From positions 53,414-73,413 of IMG/VR virus record IMGVR_UViG_2852309159_000005: a DNA stretch of 20,000 nt, one strand, 5' to 3'. Under the pieces are notes generated by a model. The model was not told the DNA's origin, did not search any database, and was given only the letters and a program-made list of their open reading frames with translations. Positions 7,900 through 17,241 of the stretch are shown here, piece after piece. Both the position numbers and the translations under genes were made by a program. The stretch is from an uncultured virus (IMG/VR IMGVR_UViG_2852309159_000005) (Duplodnaviria > Heunggongvirae > Uroviricota > Caudoviricetes). Position 1 is the stretch's first letter; each line of letters starts with the position of its first letter.

Positions 7900-10896
7900 C
7901 AACAATTTCGCTTGAGGTGAGAACGTCTGACTTAGAGCGCGGTACGCAAAAGTTAAAAGAGTTTGGAGATACAGCCGAAAAGGTGAGTAGTTTCTTCGCG
8001 AAATTTAAATGACCAGTTTAATAAAGGGGTTGGTCACCAAAAAAAAATTTCTGATGTAATAAAAAAGCAAAGGGAAGAATTTGATAATTTACTTAACTCG
8101 ATAAATCCAACCAATAAAGCGTTTCAAAAACTAGATGAATGGCAAGCTAAATTAGCTAGCGCTAGCAAAAAAGGTATTTACCCAAGTGATGAGATTGCAA
8201 AGTATAACGCCATACTTGAGCAGACTAGAGATAAATTAACACGAGTTAATATGTCCCTTACTGCTGAAGGGCAGGCGCTATTAGCTCAAGAGGCGGCAAC
8301 AAATAGAGCTAAGCGAGCTGCTGATGATTTTTTAAATTCACTGAAAAATCAAACTGAAATCATAGGAAAAACGAGGACAGAGATTTTAGAGTTAAAAGCA
8401 GCACAACTTGGTGTGTCGCAACAAGCCGCGCCGATGATCAATAAGCTAAAAGAGCAAGAAAAAGCCTTTATGAATGGCTCAATTACCATTGGCCAATATC
8501 GAAACGCTATGCGGCAATTGCCAGCCCAAATGACAGATATTGTTACGTCATTAGCATCAGGAATGCCTGTTTGGATGGTGATGATACAACAAGGGGGGCA
8601 GATAAAGGACTCATTTGGTGGTATAGGTAATTCATTGAAGGCTGTAACTTCATTAATCACTCCGTTAAATGTAGGGCTTGCTGCCGCTGCTTTAGCCGTG
8701 GGAGGTTTGAGTTATGCGACATTCAAAGCCCAGATGGTACAGGAAGCCTTTAACCGAGCATTAATAACATCAGGTAAGTATGCTGGGCTTTCTCGAGGGG
8801 AAATTATTGGTTATGCGAACACCATTACTCAAGCTGGGCTAAGTGCTGATTCAGCCACAGAATCACTTACTAAGCTATTAGACGCGGGGTTAAAAATAGG
8901 TGTCGACATTGGCAAGGCTGGAAATGCTATTGCGGAATTTTCCCGTTATTCAGGTAAAAGCATTGATTCGCTTGTCTCGCATTTTGCACGATTATCTAAT
9001 GATCCGTATGGTGGTTCTATTGAACTAAATAAACAGTATCGCTATTTAAGCGCTTCTGTATTACAGCACATTAAAGAACTAGAAGACCAAGGAAAGACCA
9101 CGGAAGCCGTAACATATGCTACTGACGCATTAAGTGGAGCGATGGCAGATCGCGCAAATGAAATACGTTCAAGCATGGGGACACTACCAAGCTTTTTTGA
9201 TGAGATTGGACGTGCTGCTAATAAAATGTGGGATTCGGTGATGGGGCTTGGTGCTGATCCTTCCAAAGCTGAACGATTAGCTAAACTAGAACAACAAATA
9301 AAGTTTGCTAAATCTGATCCTCGGAGGGGTACAGATAAAAGAAAAGGGCTTTCTTATAAAGATGATAAAGAATTGGAACTTCTAGAAAAGGAAAGGGATG
9401 AGTTACTAAAATCAATTGAAGCTGATAAAAAGGCAGCAGAACTCCAAGAGCGTAGTATTAACAACCAAGTATATTTTAATCAACTGGTTGATAAAGGCAC
9501 AGATAATGCCGAGAAACGCAGGAGGGAGCACGAAAAATTAAATAAAGCTATACAGGATAATATTGAGCTAGCGAAAAAAGGTGAAGTCAAACTCTGGACA
9601 GATGAACAAATAAAAATGGCCAGAGAAGGAATTGATAAAGCTTTTAAGGATCCGGTTAAACGTAAACCGACTTTTCATAAAGCTGCTTTTGCAGGAATGC
9701 GCCGTGATGAAGGCACTCAAAGTCATGTCATTGCGTTAAAAGCTGAGCTTGAGATGTTGAGTCAAGAAAGCCGACATATAGGCACAATTAGTCAGCAACG
9801 TAGGGCATTATGGCAAGAGCAAGCTAAGTTTCAAATTCTTGAGCAAGCCAATAAAGAACGAACACTGAGCTTGGAAGAACGAGCCTTATTAGCAAGAAAA
9901 GACTCAATATTGGCAGAAAAAGAAAAGGCCGCCAGTATTGGAGATCAGATAGAGCAACAGAAACAGTTAAATCAGTTACGTTATTCCAATGATGACCTTA
10001 AAGCTGAGATCGAACTACGCAAAGCAACGATAGGAATGACTAACGAACAAATAGCACAACAAAGAGAACTACTCAAATTAAAAATGGAGTGGACTAAAAA
10101 AGGAGGGGCTGAAACGGATGAAGAATACCTACGTGGTGTAGATTTAATTCAGGAAAAATATGAAACAGAAAGCTGGCTACGTGAGCAATGGCGCGAAGGA
10201 GTTAAGAAAGCATATGCAGAATATGTGATTAGTGTTACAGATGCAAATGCGGCAGCACAACAATTAACTAAACAAGCTTTTGATAGCATGACGGGGGCAA
10301 TGACTGACTTTCTAACGAAAAGCAAAGCTAGTTTTAAAGATTATGCTGCTAGTTTCTTTAATTTGGCAACAAAAATGATCGTCCAGCTTACAACGATAAG
10401 AATGTTAGAGGCTGGGCTTGGTGGTACAACACTTGGTAATTTTTTAGGGATAAAAGGGCATGCCACAGGTGGCTATACTGGTGATGGTGGTAAATATGAC
10501 CCCGCAGGTGTAGTACATAAAGGCGAGTTCGTCTTTACCAAGGAAGCAACGCAACGACTAGGTGTGGATAATCTCTATCGACTAATGGATGCAGGAAAGC
10601 GAGGTTATGCTTCAGGTGGTCATGTCGGTGGTTCTGCTCCAATGTCGGTTATACAGCCAACAGCATTTATCGCCCGCAATCCTCAAATTGCTGGTGGTGT
10701 TAATGTCAATATCAACCTTGGAGGGATTAATGTTCCCCCTCAAAACGGTGAGAGGGAGCGATCATCAAATAGCGGTATTAGCAGTAGCCAAGCAGATAGG
10801 TTATTTAAAAGCAAATTAAGAAAGTTTGTTGAAGAAGAAGGTAGAGAAGGGGGATCATTAGATTTATTGATAAAAACAAAAGTAAGACGTTTTTAA
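7887..10896 (+). CDS. Lambda-family tail tape measure protein, ~1002 aa, with apparent +1 frameshift at TTT 7991-7993
   Basis: ATG 7887 with GGGGG RBS gives MADVATISLEVRTSDLERGTQKLKEF. The 8251 frame is open back to 7987. Motifs QLPAQMTDIVTSLASG..QQGGQIKDSFGG and ATGGYTGDGGKYDPAGVVHKGEFV; long coiled-coil character. Confidence 0.92.
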
Positions 10897-10958
10897 TGTG
10901 TAATTGCTAATACTACTTACAAAGTTATAATTAAAGCTAAATAGTGAATAAAGGGTTA

Positions 10959-11432
10959 ATGATGAAAAAGTTACTGTTTGGCTTTATTTTTTCTTTGATA
11001 TGTTCAACTCCTGTATTAGCAGGGTGGCAGTATACTACTGATGTGGATGAGATGAGAGGGAATACATCCTATTATGGTGTGTTATCTAATGAAACTAATT
11101 CAAAACTAGATGATGAGAAATTAAATATTATTTTGTTTAGCCCTGATGATGAATTAATTACCTCCATGGAGATACAAACACTTAAATCACCAATTAACTG
11201 TACTAGTTCTAATTGCAAAGCCTTAGTTAAATTTGGAGATAATCCTATAGAAACTATTTTATATGCAGTGGTAACTCCAGAACGCAATTTTATTGTTCCT
11301 ATCGAATATATGGAATTTGTAAGAAAAATAAAAAATTCAGAAGTGGTTTATATTGAACTCCCTATTGAAGGCAAGGGAACACAGCAGTTTAAATTCAAAA
11401 CAGCCGGCTTAAAATGGGAAGTAGAGCAATAG
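10959..11432 (+). CDS. Exported protein of unknown function (moron-like)
   Basis: Signal peptide MKKLLFGFIFSLICSTPVLA, a Cys pair (CTSSNC), AT-rich sequence, TATAAT upstream at ~10926. Confidence 0.8.
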   Translation: MMKKLLFGFIFSLICSTPVLAGWQYTTDVDEMRGNTSYYGVLSNETNSKLDDEKLNIILFSPDDELITSMEIQTLKSPINCTSSNCKALVKFGDNPIETILYAVVTPERNFIVPIEYMEFVRKIKNSEVVYIELPIEGKGTQQFKFKTAGLKWEVEQ

Positions 11433-11954
11433 CAATACCTCATCATTTCATCATTGGCTGAATTTTATTATTTGATGAGTTCAGCCTCTTACTTATCTGC
11501 ATTATTAAACTAATATCCTATCGTGATAGCTTTCTGTTATTAAGATAACTAGAGCTTAATATATTTAAAAGGGCAGAAATCTGCCTTTAACTTAGATACT
11601 TTCGTGAACAGTACGCGCGTGGAAGGAAATATGCAAAAAACAACCAAAAAGAAACCAACCATTATTTTTATGATGTACCGACAATGCGCCTAATTGTGAC
11701 GTGTGAACAATCCATCAACATTCACATAAGAGCCGATAGAGTAACAGGGGCAATCATGAGGAGTTTGTGAGGCAAGCAATCATTGAGAAGCTAAAAAAAG
11801 CAACAGCACAAATAGCTAAATCGCTATATGTATGTGTAAATAACTTGGTTATAGCTATATATATTGTGTTTACGTTAAAAAAATAGACAGGTAATTACAA
11901 GCTCATAATGATTAGCCCCTAGACAAGATAAATATATTCAGTATTATTTATCTC

Positions 11955-12024
11955 AACAGTGCCCCTCATAACCTCTACGTAGAACGGAGAAATCTGGTTT
12001 GCGATACGTTTGGGGCTTTCTTTT
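11955..12024 (+). ncRNA. Candidate structured RNA leader or RNA antitoxin upstream of the Abi gene
   Basis: GCCCC (11961-65) pairs with GGGGC (12012-16) followed by TTTCTTTT. Inner AACC/GGTT stem and TCTACGTAGA palindrome. Possible promoter TAGACA (11920) / TATTAT (11942). Confidence 0.45.
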
Positions 12025-12054
12025 ATCTACTATCTGATAATTTTCCATGCTGCT

Positions 12055-13050
12055 ATGCACCCTCTAAAACCTCATCTAACGTATTTTGACCAAATAAAAA
12101 AGCTAGAAAAACGAGGAATGAGTTTTGAGGATCTACCTCCTGAGCAGGCGGTAAAGAAAATAATGAATATTGGATATTACAGGCTATCTGGGTATTGGTA
12201 TCCATTCCGTAAGTTAAAGTTAATCCCACCAGTAGCACCCGATGAAGCCAGACGCGAAGAAACATTCCTTGAGGGTACAACCTTTACAACGGTATACGCA
12301 CACTATTTATTTGATGTAAAACTAAGAAGTTCTATTTTTTATGGAATAGAACGAATTGAAACTTATCTTAAAGCAAAAATAGCTTACGAACTAGGTAAAG
12401 TATCCCCTACGGCATACAAAGATAAGAATATCATCCAATACAGACATCACTACCGACATGATACATGGCTAGAAAAGTTAGATTCTTTAATAGAGCGAAA
12501 TAGTGATAAAGATTGTATACGATGGAATTTAGATAAGTATGGGGATATTCCTATATGGGCTATCGTTGATATTTGGGATTTCGGTACAATGTCTCGCTTC
12601 TACGGAATGCTTGAAGATAAATACAAACATCAAATTTGTAAATCGCTTGGCTTTCTAAAGCCTAACTCAGCAAATGTAAGAGATGGACTGAAAACAGCAT
12701 TAGAGCATCTTAATACAGTTAGAAACAGGTGTGCCCACCATGCGCGTTTATGGAATACCGATTTTTCAGACTCAAAAATTAGCATCGATGTGTTAGATAA
12801 TATTGATTTAACAGCCTCGCGCTTGTCTCCAAAAAGCCCTGAACTATCAAGAATGGCAGGTATCATATTTTTAATATGGAGTCTGACCAAGAGAATAAGT
12901 TGTAATTCTACATGGCTAAGTTCAGTAAATGATCATTTAGAAAAACATCAGGGCGTTATTCCGTTTAATTCAATGGGATTCGATAATAACAATATCTCAG
13001 GATTAAAAAATCTATTGGATAAGGAAAAAGAACAATCAGCCCAATCATAA
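12055..13050 (+). CDS. Abi family (Abi_2, AbiD/AbiF-like) HEPN ribonuclease, probable phage defence
   Basis: KP.LTY.DQI..L..RGM, IGYYRLSGY, IERIE, PIW...WDFG.MSRFY and the HEPN motif RNRCAHH. Likely start is ATG 12055, not TTG 12010. Confidence 0.9.
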   Translation: MHPLKPHLTYFDQIKKLEKRGMSFEDLPPEQAVKKIMNIGYYRLSGYWYPFRKLKLIPPVAPDEARREETFLEGTTFTTVYAHYLFDVKLRSSIFYGIERIETYLKAKIAYELGKVSPTAYKDKNIIQYRHHYRHDTWLEKLDSLIERNSDKDCIRWNLDKYGDIPIWAIVDIWDFGTMSRFYGMLEDKYKHQICKSLGFLKPNSANVRDGLKTALEHLNTVRNRCAHHARLWNTDFSDSKISIDVLDNIDLTASRLSPKSPELSRMAGIIFLIWSLTKRISCNSTWLSSVNDHLEKHQGVIPFNSMGFDNNNISGLKNLLDKEKEQSAQS

Positions 13051-13285
13051 GCCAACCCAAATCAAATAAACTTTAATGATTTTCAGGCGCGCTAGCAATA
13101 AGTTTTCGGACACGTTAGAAAGGTTGTAAATAGAGGCTGATAGCGACAAATATAGACATTAAATCCTAACAAATCCTAACGTTTTTCTAATGCCTAGATC
13201 CTAAGTTTTCCTAAGGTAAATTGCGCATTCAATGCTAAGATTTGCTAAGTTTTTTCACAATGAATTTTCAGTGATATGAAAGTAG

Positions 13286-13705
13286 TTAGCTAACCAGCTT
13301 GTCAGTAATATCTTTATGGCGCTTCCACGCTGAATAAATATCTTTATCCCACGCTTTACCTGCCTTAGTTTGATAGCCTGCCTCATTAATTCGTTCAGCA
13401 ATAATGCGCCCATTGGTTACACCCTCAGACAGCACAGAATTAACCACAGAAACAACAGTAGACTCATTATAGGTATACGGTGGGATATCTGCCTTACCAG
13501 CAATTAAAGATGCCACAGACGATTCTAGGCGCTCCACTAGCGACAGTATGCGAGCGTCAGGATTACTGTCTGGACGGTTTAACTTCTCTTTGATAGCGGA
13601 GACTATCCACGCTGTTTTATCGCTACCAGAGTTCGATACAGCCTCATTAAACAGGGTTTGTAGTTCAGCAGGGAGACGAAAGGCAATAAGATTAGATTTA
13701 CTCAT
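13286..13705 (-). CDS. DNA-binding protein (N-terminal ribbon-helix-helix-like, C-terminal recombinase-type HTH-like)
   Basis: IAFRLPAEL...DKTAWIVSAIKEKL and IAERINEAGYQTKAGKAW; AAGGA RBS. Confidence 0.7.
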   Translation of the reverse strand: MSKSNLIAFRLPAELQTLFNEAVSNSGSDKTAWIVSAIKEKLNRPDSNPDARILSLVERLESSVASLIAGKADIPPYTYNESTVVSVVNSVLSEGVTNGRIIAERINEAGYQTKAGKAWDKDIYSAWKRHKDITDKLVS

Positions 13706-13748
13706 AATAATAGTCCTTTATTAACTCAGTGAGCGCTTATTATATCAG

Positions 13749-13767
13749 TGTATAACACTGTTATACA
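13749..13767. promoter_or_regulatory. Palindromic putative operator upstream of the RHH gene
   Basis: TGTATAACA-C-TGTTATACA, a perfect 9-bp inverted repeat ~45 bp before the start codon. Confidence 0.5.
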
Positions 13768-14515
13768 GATTAGGAAATGTATCATTGCTAGTGGATTTAA
13801 CGAATAAGTCCATAACTTAAAGTTAGAGTAACCTACAGTAAAACAAGCAAAGCGTATTATTGCGCCTTGTAACTGATTGAATACATAGCAAAGCTCAAAA
13901 ATGAGTGCTGTACTGTGGTGATTATCGCCATAGTCGGAAAGGGTAACAGTTGAAATGCTACCCTTGGTATCAAAACCACAAATTAGTGATTTTAGCTAAA
14001 GTAGCTAAATATTAGCCAATACAGCTAACCACATAAACATAGTGGTACTATGATGATCCGTTGGCTTTCAAACGTGAGGTATCCACTAAGGTATCCACCG
14101 AAAAGGCTATATTTTATTGGATACTTTACCCGCTAAATGTTGACAATTGTTAACATCAGAACCTGACAAAACCTGACATCGTTTATTTATTTTAGGTACG
14201 CAGTGGGTATGTGTTTAATTCTAACGATTCGTTATAATCAAATAAAATCAAGATGTTGTGGAAAAGTACGCAGAATGGTACGCAGCAAAATGATATTGCC
14301 CGCATCGGTAACTGTTTGATTATTCCAAGGCCGTCACTTTGGGTACGTACTGAAATAGCGTATTCAATCTGCTAACGTGGTTGCCACTTTGATGGTTGCC
14401 ACTTTGGTTGCCAGCAAAACGGCATATTTTACGCTAGTGGATTGATAACCTTTGATTGTTCCAATTCAGCACAATCAAGGTATGGCGGAAATAACCACTC
14501 CTTTGAGGTATAGCC

Positions 14516-14704
14516 ATGTTACAACGAGAAGCAATAGAAGTCGTTATGATGGAGTTAGCCCACCAGCAAGGGCAATCACTCAACGGACGTGATCGATTAG
14601 CGATTAGAACAGGTGTAGCACAGACAATGCAGGCTAAAGAACGTCACAGACGAAGAATGACAGCACCTACCTACCAATGGACGAAGCCAGCACCAAAAAG
14701 ATAA
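14516..14704 (+). CDS. Small basic hypothetical protein, 62 aa
   Basis: GAGG RBS; helical, basic C-terminus. Only a weak resemblance to YjbD/DUF3811-type proteins. Confidence 0.65.
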   Translation: MLQREAIEVVMMELAHQQGQSLNGRDRLAIRTGVAQTMQAKERHRRRMTAPTYQWTKPAPKR

Positions 14705-15229
14705 TAGGTCGCCTTGAAATTAAGGGGACGTGAGGCTCTGAAATCGGAGGCTCGTCACTGGCTGGCAATATTCCAATAATGGCTACGAGGTAAAAGTAAC
14801 CACAATGCAAATAAGCACTCTGGATAAATATCAATAAGTTATCTATGCTGAGAGATAAGATTACAACAAAGAGCGACGGCAAGATTACGGCAAGGTATTA
14901 ACAATCAGGTTTCAGTCGGTCAATTTGACCGTTAGCAATAAAAACAATGTGTTGCCAACTCTTACCATTGGTCACTGAAACGATGACCAATGAGCGTTAA
15001 TCTGGTTTTGTTACAGAATTAAGTATTATCAATCAGTTGTATTTTGATTCCGTCGATTTACCGGAATTAAGTATAATCAACAGGTTATATCTACATACGG
15101 GATAATCCCGTATCATCATGGATAAATTAACGTTTAGATCACCTCTATAAGTTGGAATTATTATCCGATCTTCCAAAGTCCAATCAGCATTTTATTTTAG
15201 TCGATGGCTTATATTGTGATGGTATCAAG

Positions 15230-15517
15230 ATGAATAAACCAAAAATGAGAAAAGCAAAGTTAATCAAGATCACCACATCAGGAACGGTAATAAAAGCACC
15301 TGAGAGAGTTAAAACAGCCACTGGTAAAGTTATGGCCACGATGACTATTCAGGCTGAAAGTGACAAGCGTAGTCCATACCCATTAAAAATAGTGGCATTC
15401 GATATTAACGCACTGGAGCTAATGACCTACCAGAAAGGAAATAAAGTAACTGCTACAGGTCGCTATGAATGGTTTAATGGTTATCAGCTAACAGGGGCGC
15501 AGATAGTTGCTGGTTAG
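15230..15517 (+). CDS. OB-fold single-stranded DNA-binding-like protein
   Basis: ITTSGTVIKAPERVKTATGK.MATMTI...LKIVAF...A...YQKGNKVTATGR fits the SSB OB-fold pattern. Start at ATG 15230 or 15245. Confidence 0.7.
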   Translation: MNKPKMRKAKLIKITTSGTVIKAPERVKTATGKVMATMTIQAESDKRSPYPLKIVAFDINALELMTYQKGNKVTATGRYEWFNGYQLTGAQIVAG

Positions 15518-15959
15518 TAAAACTTAGTATCAATAAGCTGATTTGAAATCGGTAAAGCTAAAGAGGACATTTTACCTCTTTAAACTAACCCACAATTAGT
15601 TACCTACCTTTAACCGACCCTCTTTAAGATGACCAGTTCAACTAACCAAAAAATATCGAGGTAGTTCGAATATAGCCACCAGCCTACCTATTCTGTTTTG
15701 TACACCTCATATTGAGGTGCGCAAATTAACCACACCTTTTAAAGAGGGTAGCCTATCGGATGAAAAATACTTTTCGGTTGCTATCGTTCCGTTTGAAACG
15801 GAGGCGGTAAAAAAACGCGGTGAGATTACGGTGAGGGTTATTTCTGGTTGGTGTTTCGTTATCTGCAATAAAATCACTATTAATGATATTTATGCAACAC
15901 TAGTAGCTTTGGGAAAACTGAAGCCTGAACTTCTTAACTTTTGAGTCACAAAATAAAAA

Positions 15960-16055
15960 GGGGGCATAATTGGGGGCATGATACAAAATTGAATGAAATT
16001 AAGATGTTTATAATCAATGTCATACGTCGTTATATTGAATCCTGTAGGGGTACCA
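15960..16055 (+). other. Right attachment site: integrase arm repeats plus core resembling a tRNA 3' end
   Basis: GGGGGCAT x2 (15960, 15972), typical of P4-family integrase arm sites. TTGAATCCTGTAGGGGTACCA (16035-16055) resembles T-loop, acceptor stem and CCA; possibly tRNA-Arg, not certain. Confidence 0.7.
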
Positions 16056-16486
16056 TTTAAAATCAACACCTTATGCGATTTTTAAAAAAATCTGCGAGAT
16101 ATGCGGGTCAAGTAACGGGTCAAATTAGCATTACCATTTTTCACTTCTAACCCACTCTTCATAGACATGCTCTGGCTAATCTAAAAATGTGCCGGCTTTC
16201 GTTTTTTTGTGGTTTTGGAAACTCCTTTCTCTTTGCATACATTCTCCATGACGTAGTTTTTACTTTTCTCTGTCAACTAAATTGGGCTGTGTTGATAACA
16301 GTATTGAAACGCCACTCGACGTTAATAAACAGTCACTTATTTGGAACGACTCTGCAGTTATAGAGGACGGTTCTATTCTCGTGAGAATACGTGAGATAGA
16401 AGAAGCACAGAAAGCGGAAAAAATGCAGACAGAAAGAAGAGGAAGAAAGCTAGGATAGCATAAATAACATTCATTCATATTAATAT

Positions 16487-16530
16487 AAAAAGATAATCAC
16501 AATATAATAAATCTTTATATTGTGATTATC
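16487..16530 (-). terminator. Hairpin terminator after the DUF1120-like gene
   Basis: GATAATCACAATA...TATTGTGATTATC 13-bp stem with a U-tract on the minus strand. Confidence 0.6.
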
Positions 16531-16544
16531 AATTATTCTAAAAA

Positions 16545-17241
16545 TTAGACACCAAAGTTAAAAGTGAGAACAGCCTCCCCGATAAAATCTAAACCATTAG
16601 ATAAATCTATTCCTTTTTTACTTAATTCATCTTTAGATAAAATAAAGGTACCATTTGAATTACCATGCCTGAAATTTGATTGGAAAACTTCACCTGGAAT
16701 TAGAGCCAGGGCATTTTTATCAACACCTGATTGTTGTTCTGATGTCCAACCATTAGTTGGCCCTTTGTATAGGACGTTGTTGTAGCTTTTTCCTGTAATT
16801 GCAACATCGTTTGCCCGTGAAATAAATGCTGGTTTACCATCGACCGTAGCATCACTCCATATGAAATCAGCCGCTCCAACTGTATTTTCAGGATTTGCTT
16901 TATCAACTAAATGAAACCATTCTGACGTATTATTAACACTTAATTCCGTGTCACCATAAGTATCAGACGCAACAAATGTTAAATATGTTTTTTGCATCGC
17001 ATTCAACCGTAACGACATTATGAGCTACAATGCCAGAGTAAGAGTAAATTTTCGATTGAGGGATAAGTGATGGGCTTATTCTTCCATAATCAAAAAGGAC
17101 ATCACTTTGTGTCGCCCCATTAATAGTACAAGTTGGTGGCTTAATATCACCGTTGATTTTTAAGTTAGCTACAGGGGATTTAGCCAATACTGGCGTTGAC
17201 ATTATAGCCAACATAGTAAGGCTAAGTAATACTTTTTTCAT
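16545..17241 (-). CDS. DUF1120/fimbrial-subunit-like exported protein with apparent +1 frameshift in T6 at 16988-16993
   Basis: Signal peptide and LKINGDIKPPTC...ECDA(K)TYLTF. Colinear with paralog 19290..20000 once one base is removed; identical C-terminus GLDFIGEAVLTFNFGV. Confidence 0.8.

Larger units (their letters stand above)
1..16055 (+). mobile_element. Integrated phage satellite (PICI/P4-like); left end and integrase lie outside the window
   Basis: Gene order c4/ash-icd, DUF4222, antirepressor, primase-DUF927 helicase, iteron ori, accessory genes, then GGGGGCAT arm repeats and a tRNA-3'-like att core at 16035-16055. No capsid, terminase or lysis genes seen. Confidence 0.85.

Noticed and set aside
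8251..10896. TMP starting at ATG 8251
   Set aside because: The frame is open ~260 nt further upstream and a typical TMP N-terminus begins at 7887.
12010..12054. TTG start giving the Abi protein a hydrophobic N-terminal extension
   Set aside because: It overlaps the RNA hairpin and U-tract; family-like sequence begins at ATG 12055.
14667..14882. 71-aa minus-strand ORF
   Set aside because: Overlaps the 14516 gene and the palindrome array; no recognisable features.
13760..15150. CRISPR array
   Set aside because: Repeats are short, mutually different and not separated by regular spacers; no cas genes.
15717..15944. 75-aa ORF
   Set aside because: GTG start, no recognisable motif, and it runs through palindrome- and repeat-rich DNA beside the att site; probably spurious.
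16035..16055. Intact tRNA gene
   Set aside because: Only a 3'-end-like fragment; no D or anticodon arm upstream. Treated as an att core.
1..16055. Complete prophage, tailocin or capsid-forming PICI
   Set aside because: No capsid, portal, terminase, tail tube, tail tip or lysis genes between the primase and the att site.
16260..16478. 72-aa minus-strand ORF
   Set aside because: No recognisable family or RBS; may be the shadow of a + strand gene remnant that I cannot identify.
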